From: Xylanibacter ruminicola 23
GTDB taxonomy: Bacteria; Bacteroidota; Bacteroidia; Bacteroidales; Bacteroidaceae
Direction of reading: 5' to 3'
DNA: 32,000 nt
Assembly: GCF_000025925.1 (NCBI RefSeq)
Contig: NC_014033.1
Location: 630,001-662,000, forward strand
Shown: positions 16,156 to 25,386 of the stretch, in pieces
How positions within the stretch are numbered: position 1 is the first letter of the stretch
Layout of the letters: every line of letters starts with the position of its first letter
Program-made: the position numbers and the translations under genes
The notes under the pieces: generated by a model
Seen by the model: the letters and a program-made list of their open reading frames with translations, nothing else
What the model was told of the DNA's origin: nothing
Database searches by the model: none

Positions 16156-17241
16156 CTATAAAATTACCGCATTTCGCAGTAAAATATAGTCTAAAATTGT
16201 CATTGCAGCCATCGATTCAACAACTGGTACTGCTCTGGGCAAAACGCACGGATCGTGGCGCCCGTGAGCAGTGAAAGTGGTGGCATTTCCTTCCTTATCT
16301 ACCGTTTGCTGTTCGGTAAGAATTGTGGCTACTGGTTTAAAGGCCACACGGAAGTAAATGTCCTGCCCGTTGCTGATGCCGCCCTGAATGCCGCCACTGT
16401 GATTGGTTGTGGTGGTGATGGGCTGCTGATCGCCAGTTGATGGTACGAACACGTCGTTCACCTGACTGCCGCGCATGGTGGCACTGTTGAAACCATCGCC
16501 ATACTCAAAGCCCTTAACGGCATTGATGCTGAGCATGGCCTGACCTAACGAGGCGTGCAACTTATCGAACTCAGGCTCGCCTAAGCCTGTGGGGCATCCC
16601 TTAATCACACAAGTAATGATACCGCCAATGGTGTCGCCCTCGGCCTTTACCTTTGCTATCAGCGCCTCCATTTCGGCTGCTTTCTGCTGGTCGGGGCAAC
16701 GTACGGCGTTAGTCTCGGTAAGACTAGGGTCGTAGCGGCTGTAATCCTTATCAAGTGCAATATCGCCTACCTGTGATGTGTAGGCCTGAATACTGATTCC
16801 CTTCTGGCGCAATACCAGTTTGGCCAATGCGCCGCCCACGCAACGGCTGATGGTGATACGTGCCGATGAACGGCCGCCACCACGATGATCGCGGATGCCG
16901 TACTTCTCGAAATACGTGTAATCGGCATGCGATGGACGGAAAAGATTGCGCATATTCTCGTAATCGTTGGAGTGCTGATTGGTGTTACGAACGATGAATC
17001 CGATGGGGCAGCCTGTAGATTTGCCCTCAAACACGCCGCTCAGCAGTTCTACACGGTCGGCTTCCTGTCGTGAGGTGGTGATAGCACTCTGACCAGGGCG
17101 ACGGCGATTCAGTTCGCTCTGAATAAACTCCATGTCGATGTCGATGCCGGCTGGCATGCCATCAATCACGCCGCCAACGGCCTCGCCATGACTCTCGCCG
17201 AAGGTTGTGAGTGTGAATATGTGTCCAAATGTGTTGCGCAT
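16156..17241 (-). CDS. aroC: chorismate synthase
   Basis: [32 protein letters not shown]...RPGQS...[10 protein letters not shown] are canonical AroC motifs. Confidence 0.93.
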   Translation of the reverse strand: MRNTFGHIFTLTTFGESHGEAVGGVIDGMPAGIDIDMEFIQSELNRRRPGQSAITTSRQEADRVELLSGVFEGKSTGCPIGFIVRNTNQHSNDYENMRNLFRPSHADYTYFEKYGIRDHRGGGRSSARITISRCVGGALAKLVLRQKGISIQAYTSQVGDIALDKDYSRYDPSLTETNAVRCPDQQKAAEMEALIAKVKAEGDTIGGIITCVIKGCPTGLGEPEFDKLHASLGQAMLSINAVKGFEYGDGFNSATMRGSQVNDVFVPSTGDQQPITTTTNHSGGIQGGISNGQDIYFRVAFKPVATILTEQQTVDKEGNATTFTAHGRHDPCVLPRAVPVVESMAAMTILDYILLRNAVIL

Positions 17242-17266
17242 AGGGGTAGGGGGAATTTTTTATGGG

Positions 17267-17881
17267 TTAGTGACAGTGTCCGCAACCGCAACCACAGCCA
17301 TCGTCGTGGTGGTGATGCTCGTGATCGCAGCCTTCGTGATTGCAGCCCTCGTGGTCGCCTCCGCAGCCACCACAACCGCCGCATCCACCTGTCATATGCT
17401 TAATCAGGTGCTGAATCTCCTCGTCGGTAGCCTCGCGGTTCTCAATCACCTTACCCTTGAAGTTCAGGGTTTTGCCAGCCAATGGGTGGTTGGTATCAAC
17501 GGTAACACCGTCTTCCTCGATCTTTACCACCTTAGCCATGAACTGATGGTCCTCGTTGTCCATCAGGGTGATAACAGCGCCCTCGAAGATGTTGTCGTGA
17601 TCGAAATGACCGTTAACAGTAAATACCTCGCGGCTAACCTTGTGAACGCCCTCAGTTACATACTCGCCGAATGCCTGAACTGGAGCCAGCTCGAAATCAA
17701 AGTCGCTGCCCTTTTCAAGACCCTTTACCTTCTCCTCGAAAGCATCGAGTGCTACGCTGAATCCGGTGATAAACTCAAATGGACGGTCATCGCCAGTCTG
17801 CTCCTCAAGCTCACTCTTGCCATCCTTCAGGCTGTACAACTGGTATACAACCGACATGAATCTGTTTTTTGTCTCTTCCAT
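17267..17881 (-). CDS. slyD: FKBP-type peptidyl-prolyl isomerase SlyD with a Cys/His-rich metal-binding tail
   Basis: The FKBP/IF-domain layout shows in ...YQLY..DG..FEF..G....LDAFEEKV...HPLAGKTLNF. The C-terminus is GGCGGCGGCGGDHEGCNHEGCDHEHHHHDDGCGCGCGHCH. Confidence 0.85.
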   Translation of the reverse strand: MEETKNRFMSVVYQLYSLKDGKSELEEQTGDDRPFEFITGFSVALDAFEEKVKGLEKGSDFDFELAPVQAFGEYVTEGVHKVSREVFTVNGHFDHDNIFEGAVITLMDNEDHQFMAKVVKIEEDGVTVDTNHPLAGKTLNFKGKVIENREATDEEIQHLIKHMTGGCGGCGGCGGDHEGCNHEGCDHEHHHHDDGCGCGCGHCH

Positions 17882-17915
17882 TATACCTATTATATATATA
17901 TTTAGTTTCAGCCTG

Positions 17916-17923
17916 CAAAGTTA
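17916..17923 (-). promoter_or_regulatory. -7 promoter motif TAACTTTG (minus) for slyD-aroC
   Basis: The plus strand reads CAAAGTTA, 35 nt upstream of the slyD ATG (17881). Confidence 0.45.
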
Positions 17924-18066
17924 CGCATTTTCTGCCAAATACACGAACGTTTAATTGGAAAAAGTAAAAAAATACTTATTTCTGCCTTTCTTTGATATGT
18001 ATCAATAAAAAAGCTGTGTTCGCACACAATTACACAAAAATGCTTGTGAGTATCAAAAAATCGCCG

Positions 18067-18074
18067 TACCTTTG
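18067..18074 (+). promoter_or_regulatory. -7 promoter motif TACCTTTG for the 18167 gene
   Basis: TAnnTTTG match ~90 nt upstream of ATG 18167. Confidence 0.4.
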
Positions 18075-18166
18075 CATCGTCAAAAAGACAAAAGGATAAC
18101 AAATTAAAGTATAAAAGTAGGTTGGCTGTAAAAAGTCACCGAGTAAAAAAAAGAAAGGGTAAAAAG

Positions 18167-18529
18167 ATGAAAAAGATGATGATGACATTGGTAGCAATGC
18201 TGAGCATGACAACTGCATTTGCTGAGGGTGAGAACACTAACGCTGTAGCAAACGTAGAGGCTTACAAGATGGACGTAAACATGGATAAGCTCTCAAAGGT
18301 TCTGAACCTGGCTATCGACCAGCGCGAGGCTGTTGAGAACATCCACAATGTATTCAATACTGAGATCTCATATGCAGCTCAGGCTAGCAACAGCGAGCGC
18401 GAGGCTATGGTTAAGCACGCTATCGATACCGACGTTAAGCGTATGCGCTACGTACTCAGCGAGGATCAGATGCGTACATACCTGCTGCTGCTGAACACCA
18501 CTATCAACAACCGTGGTTTGAACAAGTAA
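18167..18529 (+). CDS. small secreted/periplasmic protein (120 aa), possibly Spy/CpxP-like
   Basis: I chose ATG 18167 (MKKMMMTLVAMLSMTTAFA-EGEN, a clear signal peptide) over the track's TTG 18122. LSEDQ resembles the LTxxQ motif of CpxP/Spy-type proteins, but this is weak evidence. Confidence 0.65.
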   Translation: MKKMMMTLVAMLSMTTAFAEGENTNAVANVEAYKMDVNMDKLSKVLNLAIDQREAVENIHNVFNTEISYAAQASNSEREAMVKHAIDTDVKRMRYVLSEDQMRTYLLLLNTTINNRGLNK

Positions 18530-18564
18530 ATTCGTAGTTTTTTAGTTATTATTGGTCATTCTTT

Positions 18565-18598
18565 ATAGAGGCATTCCTTTGGGATGTCTCTATTTTTA
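18565..18598 (+). terminator. intrinsic terminator
   Basis: ATAGAGGCATTCC-tttg-GGATGTCTCTAT (with G-U wobbles) followed by TTTTTA. Confidence 0.6.
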
Positions 18599-18681
18599 TG
18601 CTTAAAATTTGCAAATGTCGATTTTTTTTGCTTACTTTGCACGCTGAAAACGATAATAACTAAATAATATCATAACAAGGT

Positions 18682-19563
18682 ATGAAGAAAATTAAGTTTT
18701 TACTCATGTCGATGGTTGCCGCTGTGCTGGTTAGCTGCGGTACCACAAGTACTGTGCCTATCACAGGACGTAAGCAGAATCTGATGGTTAGCGATGGTGA
18801 GATGCTGAGTCTGTCGACCCAGCAGTATCAGGAGTTTATGAAAACTGCCAAGCTTTCTACCGATGCCGCCAAAACCGCTATGGTTAAGCGTGTGGGACAG
18901 AATCTGGCCAACGCTGTGGTAAGCTATCTGAATGCTAACGGTATGCAGAACGATGTGCAGAACTACAAGTGGCAGTTTAACCTGGTGGCCGATAAGCAGG
19001 CCAACGCATGGTGTATGCCTGGCGGACTGATTGTGGTTTACGAAGGTATCTTGCCTATCACACAGGACGAGGCTTCGTTGGCTATCGTGCTTGGACATGA
19101 GATTGCCCACGCTGTAGCACGTCACTCTGCCGAGCAGATGAGCACCCAGATCAAGCAGCAGTATGGTGTGCAGGGAGCAGGTGCTCTGGCCAGCATTCTG
19201 GGTGTAGGCAGCAATACCGTTGCCGTCGGCCAGGCTGTGGTTAGCTCTGGTATCAACTTGTTTAATCTTAAATACTCGCGTAGCCATGAGAGCGAGGCTG
19301 ATTACATGGGTTTGATTTTTGCTGCGATGGCAGGTTATAATCCTGAGGCTGCTGTTACTTTCTGGCAGCGTATGGCTTCGGCCAGCACCAGCAACACATC
19401 TGAGTTCCTGAGCGATCACCCTTCAGATGCTACACGTATCAAGAATATTCAGGGATGGTTGCCCGAGGCTAAGAAGTACTACAAGCCAAAGACCACCACT
19501 ACGGCTAAGAAGACAACCACCACAAAAAAGACTACAACTAAAAAAACTACAAAAAAGAAGTAA
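18682..19563 (+). CDS. M48-family zinc metallopeptidase lipoprotein with a Thr/Lys-rich C-terminal tail
   Basis: Signal plus lipobox: MKKIKFLLMSMVAAVLVSC. HEIAHAVARH is an HExxH motif. A downstream SESEADYMG supplies the Glu ligand context. The tail is KPKTTTTAKKTTTTKKTTTKKTTKKK. Confidence 0.85.
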   Translation: MKKIKFLLMSMVAAVLVSCGTTSTVPITGRKQNLMVSDGEMLSLSTQQYQEFMKTAKLSTDAAKTAMVKRVGQNLANAVVSYLNANGMQNDVQNYKWQFNLVADKQANAWCMPGGLIVVYEGILPITQDEASLAIVLGHEIAHAVARHSAEQMSTQIKQQYGVQGAGALASILGVGSNTVAVGQAVVSSGINLFNLKYSRSHESEADYMGLIFAAMAGYNPEAAVTFWQRMASASTSNTSEFLSDHPSDATRIKNIQGWLPEAKKYYKPKTTTTAKKTTTTKKTTTKKTTKKK

Positions 19564-19567
19564 ATAA

Positions 19568-20971
19568 ATGAAAAGAAGTACAATTACTATCGCGTTTGCT
19601 GCCTGCGCAATGATGGCACAGGCGCAGACACAGGGTGGAGGCATTTCTGCCCAGATGTTACAGGAAATCCAGAAGGAGCAGAAACAGTGTGGCAAGGAGC
19701 GTGTTATCGCTAATGCCATCTATGGTATGAGCATTGATGCGCTGGCCAAGAACTACAAGGTGGCCGCCCTGCCTATCGACACTCATTTCTCGGTTGAAAC
19801 CCGTAAGCAGTCGATTACCGACCAGAAATCATCTGGACGTTGCTGGATGTTCAGCGGACTGAACGTGCTGCGTTCAAACTATATGGCTCAGGCCGATTCA
19901 GTAAGCATCGAGTTCTCGCAGGCTTATCTCTTCTTCTGGGATCAGTTGGAGAAGTCGAACCTGATGCTTCAGGGCGTGATTGATACCGCCAAGAAGCCTA
20001 TGGACGATCAGCGTGTGCAGTTCTTCTTCCATTCGCCTATTGGTGATGGTGGTACTTTCTGCGGTGTGGCCGACTTGGCACCCAAATACGGACTGGTTCC
20101 CTCGGAGATTATGCCTGAGAGTTTTACCAGCGAGAACACCTCGAAGGCTCGCAGCCTGATTTCGTCGAAGCTGCGTGAGTTCGGACTCCAGCTGCGTGAT
20201 ATGGTAGCTAAGAAAAAGAGTGCTGCCGATATCCAGAAGGCTAAGACTGAGATGCTGGGTCAGATTTATCGCATGCTGAAGCTGACACTGGGTGTTCCCG
20301 TTGAGAAGTTCACCTACGCTTTCCACGATAAGAACGGTCGCCAGCTGGGCGAGGCCAAGGAGTACACTCCACTGAGTTTCTATCAGGAGGTTGTTGGTGG
20401 CGATCTGAATGGCACCTTCATTATGGTGATGAACGACCCACGCCGCGAGTATTACAAGACCTACGAGGTAGAGTATGATCGCCACACCTACGACGGCAGC
20501 AACTGGCGCTATCTGAACCTGCCTATGGAGGAGATTGAGCAGTTGGCTATTGCCTCGCTGAAGGATGGCCGTAAGATGTATAGCTCGTACGATGTAGGCA
20601 AGTTGCTGGATCGTAAGCGCGGCTATGCTTCGTTAGATAATTTCGACTACGGATCGGTATTCGGAACTACCTTTAAGATGGACAAGGCTCAGCGTATTTC
20701 TACTTTTGACAGTGGTTCTACCCACGCTATGACATTGACTGCTGTCGACCTGGATAACCAGGGTAAGCCCATTAAGTGGAAGGTTGAGAACTCGTGGGGT
20801 GCTACCAGCGGCCAGCAGGGCTGCCTGATTATGACTGCCGACTGGTTCCGTGAGTATATGTTCCGCTTGGTTGTAAATAAAAAGTATGTGTCAGAGAAGT
20901 TGCTGAAGGCATACAATACCAAACCGGTTATGGTAATGCCCGAGGACCCATTGTTCTTGCCCGATGAGTAA
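19568..20971 (+). CDS. pepC: aminopeptidase C / bleomycin-hydrolase-like C1B cysteine peptidase, with signal peptide
   Basis: QKSSGRCWMFSGLNVLR contains the catalytic Cys context. The C-terminal region has ...HAMTLTAVD...WKVENSWG. The N-terminus MKRSTITIAFAACAMMAQAQ looks like a signal peptide. Confidence 0.88.
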   Translation: MKRSTITIAFAACAMMAQAQTQGGGISAQMLQEIQKEQKQCGKERVIANAIYGMSIDALAKNYKVAALPIDTHFSVETRKQSITDQKSSGRCWMFSGLNVLRSNYMAQADSVSIEFSQAYLFFWDQLEKSNLMLQGVIDTAKKPMDDQRVQFFFHSPIGDGGTFCGVADLAPKYGLVPSEIMPESFTSENTSKARSLISSKLREFGLQLRDMVAKKKSAADIQKAKTEMLGQIYRMLKLTLGVPVEKFTYAFHDKNGRQLGEAKEYTPLSFYQEVVGGDLNGTFIMVMNDPRREYYKTYEVEYDRHTYDGSNWRYLNLPMEEIEQLAIASLKDGRKMYSSYDVGKLLDRKRGYASLDNFDYGSVFGTTFKMDKAQRISTFDSGSTHAMTLTAVDLDNQGKPIKWKVENSWGATSGQQGCLIMTADWFREYMFRLVVNKKYVSEKLLKAYNTKPVMVMPEDPLFLPDE

Positions 20972-21671
20972 AGCTATTATTGTAGGCGCCTCATCAGGTA
21001 TCGGACTCGAAGTGGCCCGTCTATTCATCCAGCGCGGCTGGACGGTAGGCGTGGCCGCTCGTCGTTTAGACCTGTTGCAACCCATTGGCGCCGCCGATGT
21101 GGAGCAGATTGATGTGACCAGTGCTGATGCACCCGAAAAGCTGATGCAGTTGGTTGATCGCCTGGGTGGTATGGATTTGTTTTTCTATGCCTCGGGTATC
21201 GGGAAGCAGAATCGTGAACTAACGCCCGATATCGAGTTGGCTACAGTTGAAACCAACGGCTTGGGCTTTACCCGTATGATTGGCTGTGCCTATCGCTATT
21301 TTGCCCAGCAGGGCAGGGGGCATATTGCAGCCATCACCTCTATCGCTGGTACCAAGGGGCTTGGTCCGGCACCAGCCTATTCGGCTACCAAAGCCATGCA
21401 GAACGTGTATCTGCAGGCCTTAGAGCAGCAGGCCAACGCCCGAAAGCTCGATATCAGGTTTACCGATATCCGTCCAGGTTTTGTGGATACGGCCCTGTTG
21501 AGTGGCTCATTCCACTATCCCATGATGCTGAAGCCACAGGCTGTGGCACGCGAGATTGTGAGTGCAATCGAACATCATAAGCACATTCGTGTGATCGACT
21601 GGAAATATCGCATCCTGACTGCCGTTTGGCGCAGAATACCCAGATGCATCTGGCGTAGAATCAAGTTATAA
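20964..21671 (+). CDS. short-chain dehydrogenase/reductase (SDR) family oxidoreductase
   Basis: GASSGIG is the Rossmann motif. YSATK matches the catalytic YxxxK. The ATG overlaps the pepC stop (ATGAGTAA). Confidence 0.85.
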   Translation: MSKAIIVGASSGIGLEVARLFIQRGWTVGVAARRLDLLQPIGAADVEQIDVTSADAPEKLMQLVDRLGGMDLFFYASGIGKQNRELTPDIELATVETNGLGFTRMIGCAYRYFAQQGRGHIAAITSIAGTKGLGPAPAYSATKAMQNVYLQALEQQANARKLDIRFTDIRPGFVDTALLSGSFHYPMMLKPQAVAREIVSAIEHHKHIRVIDWKYRILTAVWRRIPRCIWRRIKL

Positions 21672-21697
21672 TTCAGTTAAAACTAAACTATATAATA

Positions 21698-22144
21698 ATG
21701 AATAAGGTAGAGAAATATCAGTTGCTGCAGCAGCAGATTAAGGCGCTGAGCGCTGGTGAGACCGATCAGGTGGCTGTGATGGCTAATGTGGCCGCAGCCA
21801 TACATTTGGAGATGGGATTCTGGTGGACAGGATTCTATCGTGTACAGAACGGCGAGTTGGTACTGGGTCCATTCCAGGGACCTGTGGCCTGCATGCATAT
21901 CGGCTATGGCAAGGGCGTATGCGGAACCTCGTGGAAACAGGGCGAGACCATTGTGGTGCCCGATGTAGAACAGTTCCCTGGTCATATTGCCTGCAGCAGC
22001 GAGTCGCGTTCGGAAATCGTTGTGCCTGTAAGATCGGCCGAAGGCGAAATAATAGCAGTACTAGACATCGACAGCAAGGATTTGGCAACATTCGATGAGG
22101 TTGACAAGCAGTGGCTGGAAGAGATTGTCAAGGTGTTCGAATAA
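21698..22144 (+). CDS. msrC: GAF-domain free methionine-(R)-sulfoxide reductase
   Basis: WTGFYRV...GPFQGPVACMHIGYGKGVCG...FPGHIACSSESRSEIVVP...LDIDS matches the YebR/fRMsr signature. Confidence 0.8.
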   Translation: MNKVEKYQLLQQQIKALSAGETDQVAVMANVAAAIHLEMGFWWTGFYRVQNGELVLGPFQGPVACMHIGYGKGVCGTSWKQGETIVVPDVEQFPGHIACSSESRSEIVVPVRSAEGEIIAVLDIDSKDLATFDEVDKQWLEEIVKVFE

Positions 22145-22192
22145 AAAATAAAAAAACGCAGAGAAATTTTTGGCAGTGTGGGCAGAAATGCT

Positions 22193-22200
22193 TAAATTTG
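22193..22200 (+). promoter_or_regulatory. -7 promoter motif TAAATTTG preceding a ~150-nt G+C-rich ilvC leader
   Basis: TAnnTTTG match 160 nt upstream of ATG 22360. Confidence 0.4.
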
Positions 22201-22359
22201 CACCCGATTTAAATAGTTAACGCCCAAGTCGCATCCTCGTGTAGGGTGTGAGCGAACTGACAAGACGACGGCTCTCGGGTAGGGCTGGCACGGAACGCAG
22301 GGATTAAGTACAACTCCTTGGCAAGCTTATTGGCGAGCCGAGTAAAAATTTAAAGCTAT

Positions 22360-23409
22360 ATGGCACAAATGAATTTCGGTGGCGTAACAGAAACTGTTGT
22401 CACCAGCAAAGAGTTCTCACTTGAGAAAGCACGTGAAGTATTGAAAAATGAGACCATCGCTGTAATCGGTTATGGCGTTCAGGGACCAGGTCAGGCCTGC
22501 AACCTGCGTGATAACGGATTTAATGTGATTGTGGGTCAGCGCCCTGGCAAGACCTACGACAAGGCTGTGGCCGACGGTTGGGTTCCTGGCGAGACTCTGT
22601 TCTCTATCGAGGAAGCCGCTGAGAAGGGTACTATCCTTTGCATGCTGCTCTCTGATGCTGGTCAGATTCAGCAGTGGCCCACCATCAAACAGTATCTGAA
22701 GCCTGGCAAGACTCTTTATTACAGCCACGGTTTCGCCATCAACTGGAGCGATCGTACAGGTGTAGTTCCTCCAAAGGATGTTGACGTAATTATGGTTGCA
22801 CCTAAGGGTAGTGGTACCAGCCTGCGCACTATGTTCTGCGAGGGTCGTGGTTTGAACTGCTCGTATGCTGTTTATCAGGATGCTACTGGTAAGGCTAAGG
22901 AGAAGACTCTGGCCTTTGGTATCGGTATTGGTGCCGGATATATGTTTGAGACCACCTTCGAGCGCGAGGCTACATCAGACTTGACTGGTGAGCGTGGTTC
23001 GTTGATGGGTGCCATTCAGGGACTGCTGCTGGCTCAGTACGAGGTACTGCGTGAGCACGGACACTCTCCCTCAGAGGCTTTCAATGAGACTGTAGAGGAA
23101 TTGACCCAGAGCCTTGGCCCTCTCTTCGGTGCTAAGGGTATGGACTGGATGTATGCTAACTGCTCGACCACCGCACAGCGCGGTGCGCTCGACTGGGCTC
23201 CACGATTCCACGATGCTATCAAGCCCGTTATGGAGTGGTTGTACTACTCGGTACAGACGGGTAACGAGGCACAGATTACCATCGACGCTAACTCGAAACC
23301 CGACTACCGCGCTGGACTGGAGAAAGAGTTGGAGGCTATGCGTAATCAGGAAATGTGGCGTGCTGGCGAGACCGTACGTAAGCTGCGTCCTGAGAACCAA
23401 GACGTATAA
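22360..23409 (+). CDS. ilvC: ketol-acid reductoisomerase
   Basis: IAVIGYGVQGPGQACNLRDNGFNV..., ...VAPKG.G...R... and the 349-aa length are canonical for class I KARI. Confidence 0.93.
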   Translation: MAQMNFGGVTETVVTSKEFSLEKAREVLKNETIAVIGYGVQGPGQACNLRDNGFNVIVGQRPGKTYDKAVADGWVPGETLFSIEEAAEKGTILCMLLSDAGQIQQWPTIKQYLKPGKTLYYSHGFAINWSDRTGVVPPKDVDVIMVAPKGSGTSLRTMFCEGRGLNCSYAVYQDATGKAKEKTLAFGIGIGAGYMFETTFEREATSDLTGERGSLMGAIQGLLLAQYEVLREHGHSPSEAFNETVEELTQSLGPLFGAKGMDWMYANCSTTAQRGALDWAPRFHDAIKPVMEWLYYSVQTGNEAQITIDANSKPDYRAGLEKELEAMRNQEMWRAGETVRKLRPENQDV

Positions 23410-23415
23410 CACTAC

Positions 23416-23455
23416 AATCACGGGGGTGCACACGCATCCCCGTGATTCATTTTTA
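23416..23455 (+). terminator. intrinsic terminator after ilvC
   Basis: There is a 10-bp stem, AATCACGGGG (23416-23425) with CCCCGTGATT (23438-23447), followed by CATTTTT. Confidence 0.7.
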
Positions 23456-23463
23456 AATATGAT

Positions 23464-23928
23464 ATGGGAAAATTAGTAATTAATTCGTACGATGAATTCG
23501 CAGCCCACTTGGGTGAGGAGCTCGGCGCTTCTGACTGGCTGCAAGTAGACCAAGACCGTATTAATCTTTTTGCCGACGCTACACTGGACCATCAGTGGAT
23601 TCACGTTGACGTGGAGCGCGCCAAGAAGGAGAGTCAGTATCAGAGCACTATCGCTCATGGCTATCTGACCCTGTCGCTGTTGCCTTATATGTGGGACCAG
23701 ATTATCGAGGTGAACAACATCAAGATGCTGGTTAACTACGGAATGGACAAGATGCGATTCGGACAGCCAGTTATCACAGGCTCAAAGGTACGTTTGGTCA
23801 CCAAGTTGCACAACATTCAGAACCTGCGTGGTATCTGTAAGGCAGAGATTGAGTTCAGAATTGAAATCGAGGGGCAGCGCAAACCCGCACTCGAGGGTAT
23901 CGCTTCGTTCCTGTATTATTTTAATTAA
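23464..23928 (+). CDS. MaoC-family (hot-dog fold) dehydratase
   Basis: ...DQDRINLFADATLDHQWIHVDVERAK...TIAHGYLTLSL is a typical MaoC dehydratase motif. Confidence 0.82.
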   Translation: MGKLVINSYDEFAAHLGEELGASDWLQVDQDRINLFADATLDHQWIHVDVERAKKESQYQSTIAHGYLTLSLLPYMWDQIIEVNNIKMLVNYGMDKMRFGQPVITGSKVRLVTKLHNIQNLRGICKAEIEFRIEIEGQRKPALEGIASFLYYFN

Positions 23929-23933
23929 TAGGT

Positions 23934-25385
23934 ATGGGTGGATTTTTTGGAACCATTTCCACAAAGTGCTGTGTAAACGATTTGTTCTACGGCACCGATT
24001 ATAATTCGCACCTGGGTACCAAGCGTGCAGGACTGGTAACATTCGATGAGGAGAAAGGTTTTAGTCGTAAAATCCATAACCTGGAGCGTGATTACTTCCG
24101 TTCTAAGTTTGAGGATGAACTCGACTCGTTTTCAGGAAAACAGGGTATTGGCGTAATTAGCGATACCGACCCACAACCCATACTCGTTAACTCGCACTTA
24201 GGCCGCTATGCCGTAGTTACCGTAGCTAAGATTAACAACCTGGAAGAGATAGCACAAGAACTACTGGATCGCCGCATGCACTTTAGTGAGTACTCGGCCA
24301 ATACCATCAACCAGACAGAGCTGGTGGCCCTGCTTATTAATATGGGTCGCACATTTGTTGAAGGTATCAACCTGGTGTACAAAAAGATTGAGGGATCGTG
24401 CTCGATGCTGATTCTGACCGAGAAGGGTATTATTGCTGCCCGCGACTTCCTGGGCCGCACACCTATCGTTATCGGACAGAAGGATGGCGCCTATGCCGTA
24501 AGTAGCGAGACTACCAGTTTCCCCAATCTCGACTATAAGCGTGTTCGTGACCTTGGTCCTGGCGAGATAGTATTCCTTACTGCCGATAAGCTGGAGGTAC
24601 TGCAGGAGCCTTGGAAACGTGAGCAGATCTGCTCGTTCCTTTGGGTTTACTATGGTTTCCCCGCATCAGATTATAATGGTATCAACGTAGAAAACGTACG
24701 TGAGACCAATGGTAAGATGATGGGTGAGAAGGATGAGACTGAGGTTGACTGCGTTTGCGGTGTGCCCGATTCGGGTGTCGGTATGGCGCTCGGTTATGCA
24801 GAGGGTAAGGGGGTACCTTACAAGCGTGCCGTGCTGAAGTACACACCAACCTGGCCCCGTTCGTTTACTCCTGGCAACCAGGAGCGCCGTTCGCTGGTGG
24901 CTAAGATGAAACTGATACCTAACCCAGCTTTGCTGAAGGATCAGCGCGTGGTATTCTGCGACGACTCTATCGTACGTGGTACACAACTCAAGGATAACGT
25001 AAAGACTTTCTTTGAGTATGGCGCTAAAGAGGTGCACTGCCGTATCTCTTGTCCTCCATTGGTTTATGGTTGTCCATTCATCGGCTTTACCTCGTCAAAG
25101 AGCGATATGGAGTTGATTACACGCCGTATCATCAAGGACTTTGAGGGCGACGATAAGAAGAACCTGGAGAAGTACGCTACCACCGACTCGCCTGAGTACA
25201 AGCGTATGGTAGATGAGATTGCCAAGCGTCTGGGCCTGACCTCGCTGAAGTTTGCTAAGCTCGAGGATCTGGTTAAGAGCATTGGTATGGACAAGTGCCG
25301 CGTGTGCACACACTGCTTTGATGGCAGTAGCTACTGTCACGAGCATGATAAGGAAGACAATCGTCAGCTTAAGTTGGATTTCTGA
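23934..25385 (+). CDS. amidophosphoribosyltransferase-like protein (class II amidotransferase fold + PRTase) lacking the N-terminal Cys nucleophile
   Basis: PRPP-binding motif VVFCDDSIVRGTQ, plus GVPDSGVGMALGYAEGKGVPY. The N-terminus is MGGFFG rather than MCG(I/V)xG. Confidence 0.75.
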   Translation: MGGFFGTISTKCCVNDLFYGTDYNSHLGTKRAGLVTFDEEKGFSRKIHNLERDYFRSKFEDELDSFSGKQGIGVISDTDPQPILVNSHLGRYAVVTVAKINNLEEIAQELLDRRMHFSEYSANTINQTELVALLINMGRTFVEGINLVYKKIEGSCSMLILTEKGIIAARDFLGRTPIVIGQKDGAYAVSSETTSFPNLDYKRVRDLGPGEIVFLTADKLEVLQEPWKREQICSFLWVYYGFPASDYNGINVENVRETNGKMMGEKDETEVDCVCGVPDSGVGMALGYAEGKGVPYKRAVLKYTPTWPRSFTPGNQERRSLVAKMKLIPNPALLKDQRVVFCDDSIVRGTQLKDNVKTFFEYGAKEVHCRISCPPLVYGCPFIGFTSSKSDMELITRRIIKDFEGDDKKNLEKYATTDSPEYKRMVDEIAKRLGLTSLKFAKLEDLVKSIGMDKCRVCTHCFDGSSYCHEHDKEDNRQLKLDF

Positions 25386-25386
25386 T

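Noticed and set aside
15969-16274. 101-aa plus-strand ORF
   Set aside because: It spans two terminators and the antisense strand of the aroC 3' end. It has no start context or motifs.
17207-17905. 232-aa plus-strand ORF (also 17166-17384 and 17188-17403)
   Set aside because: It is entirely antisense to slyD, which has clear FKBP motifs and the His/Cys tail. Its product is low-complexity V/A/T-rich sequence generated by the G+C-rich repeat DNA.
18601-18640. A promoter motif for the M48 peptidase gene
   Set aside because: Only imperfect matches are present: TAAAATTTG has 3-nt spacing and TTACTTTG has 1-nt spacing. Neither fits TAnnTTTG, so I did not call it.
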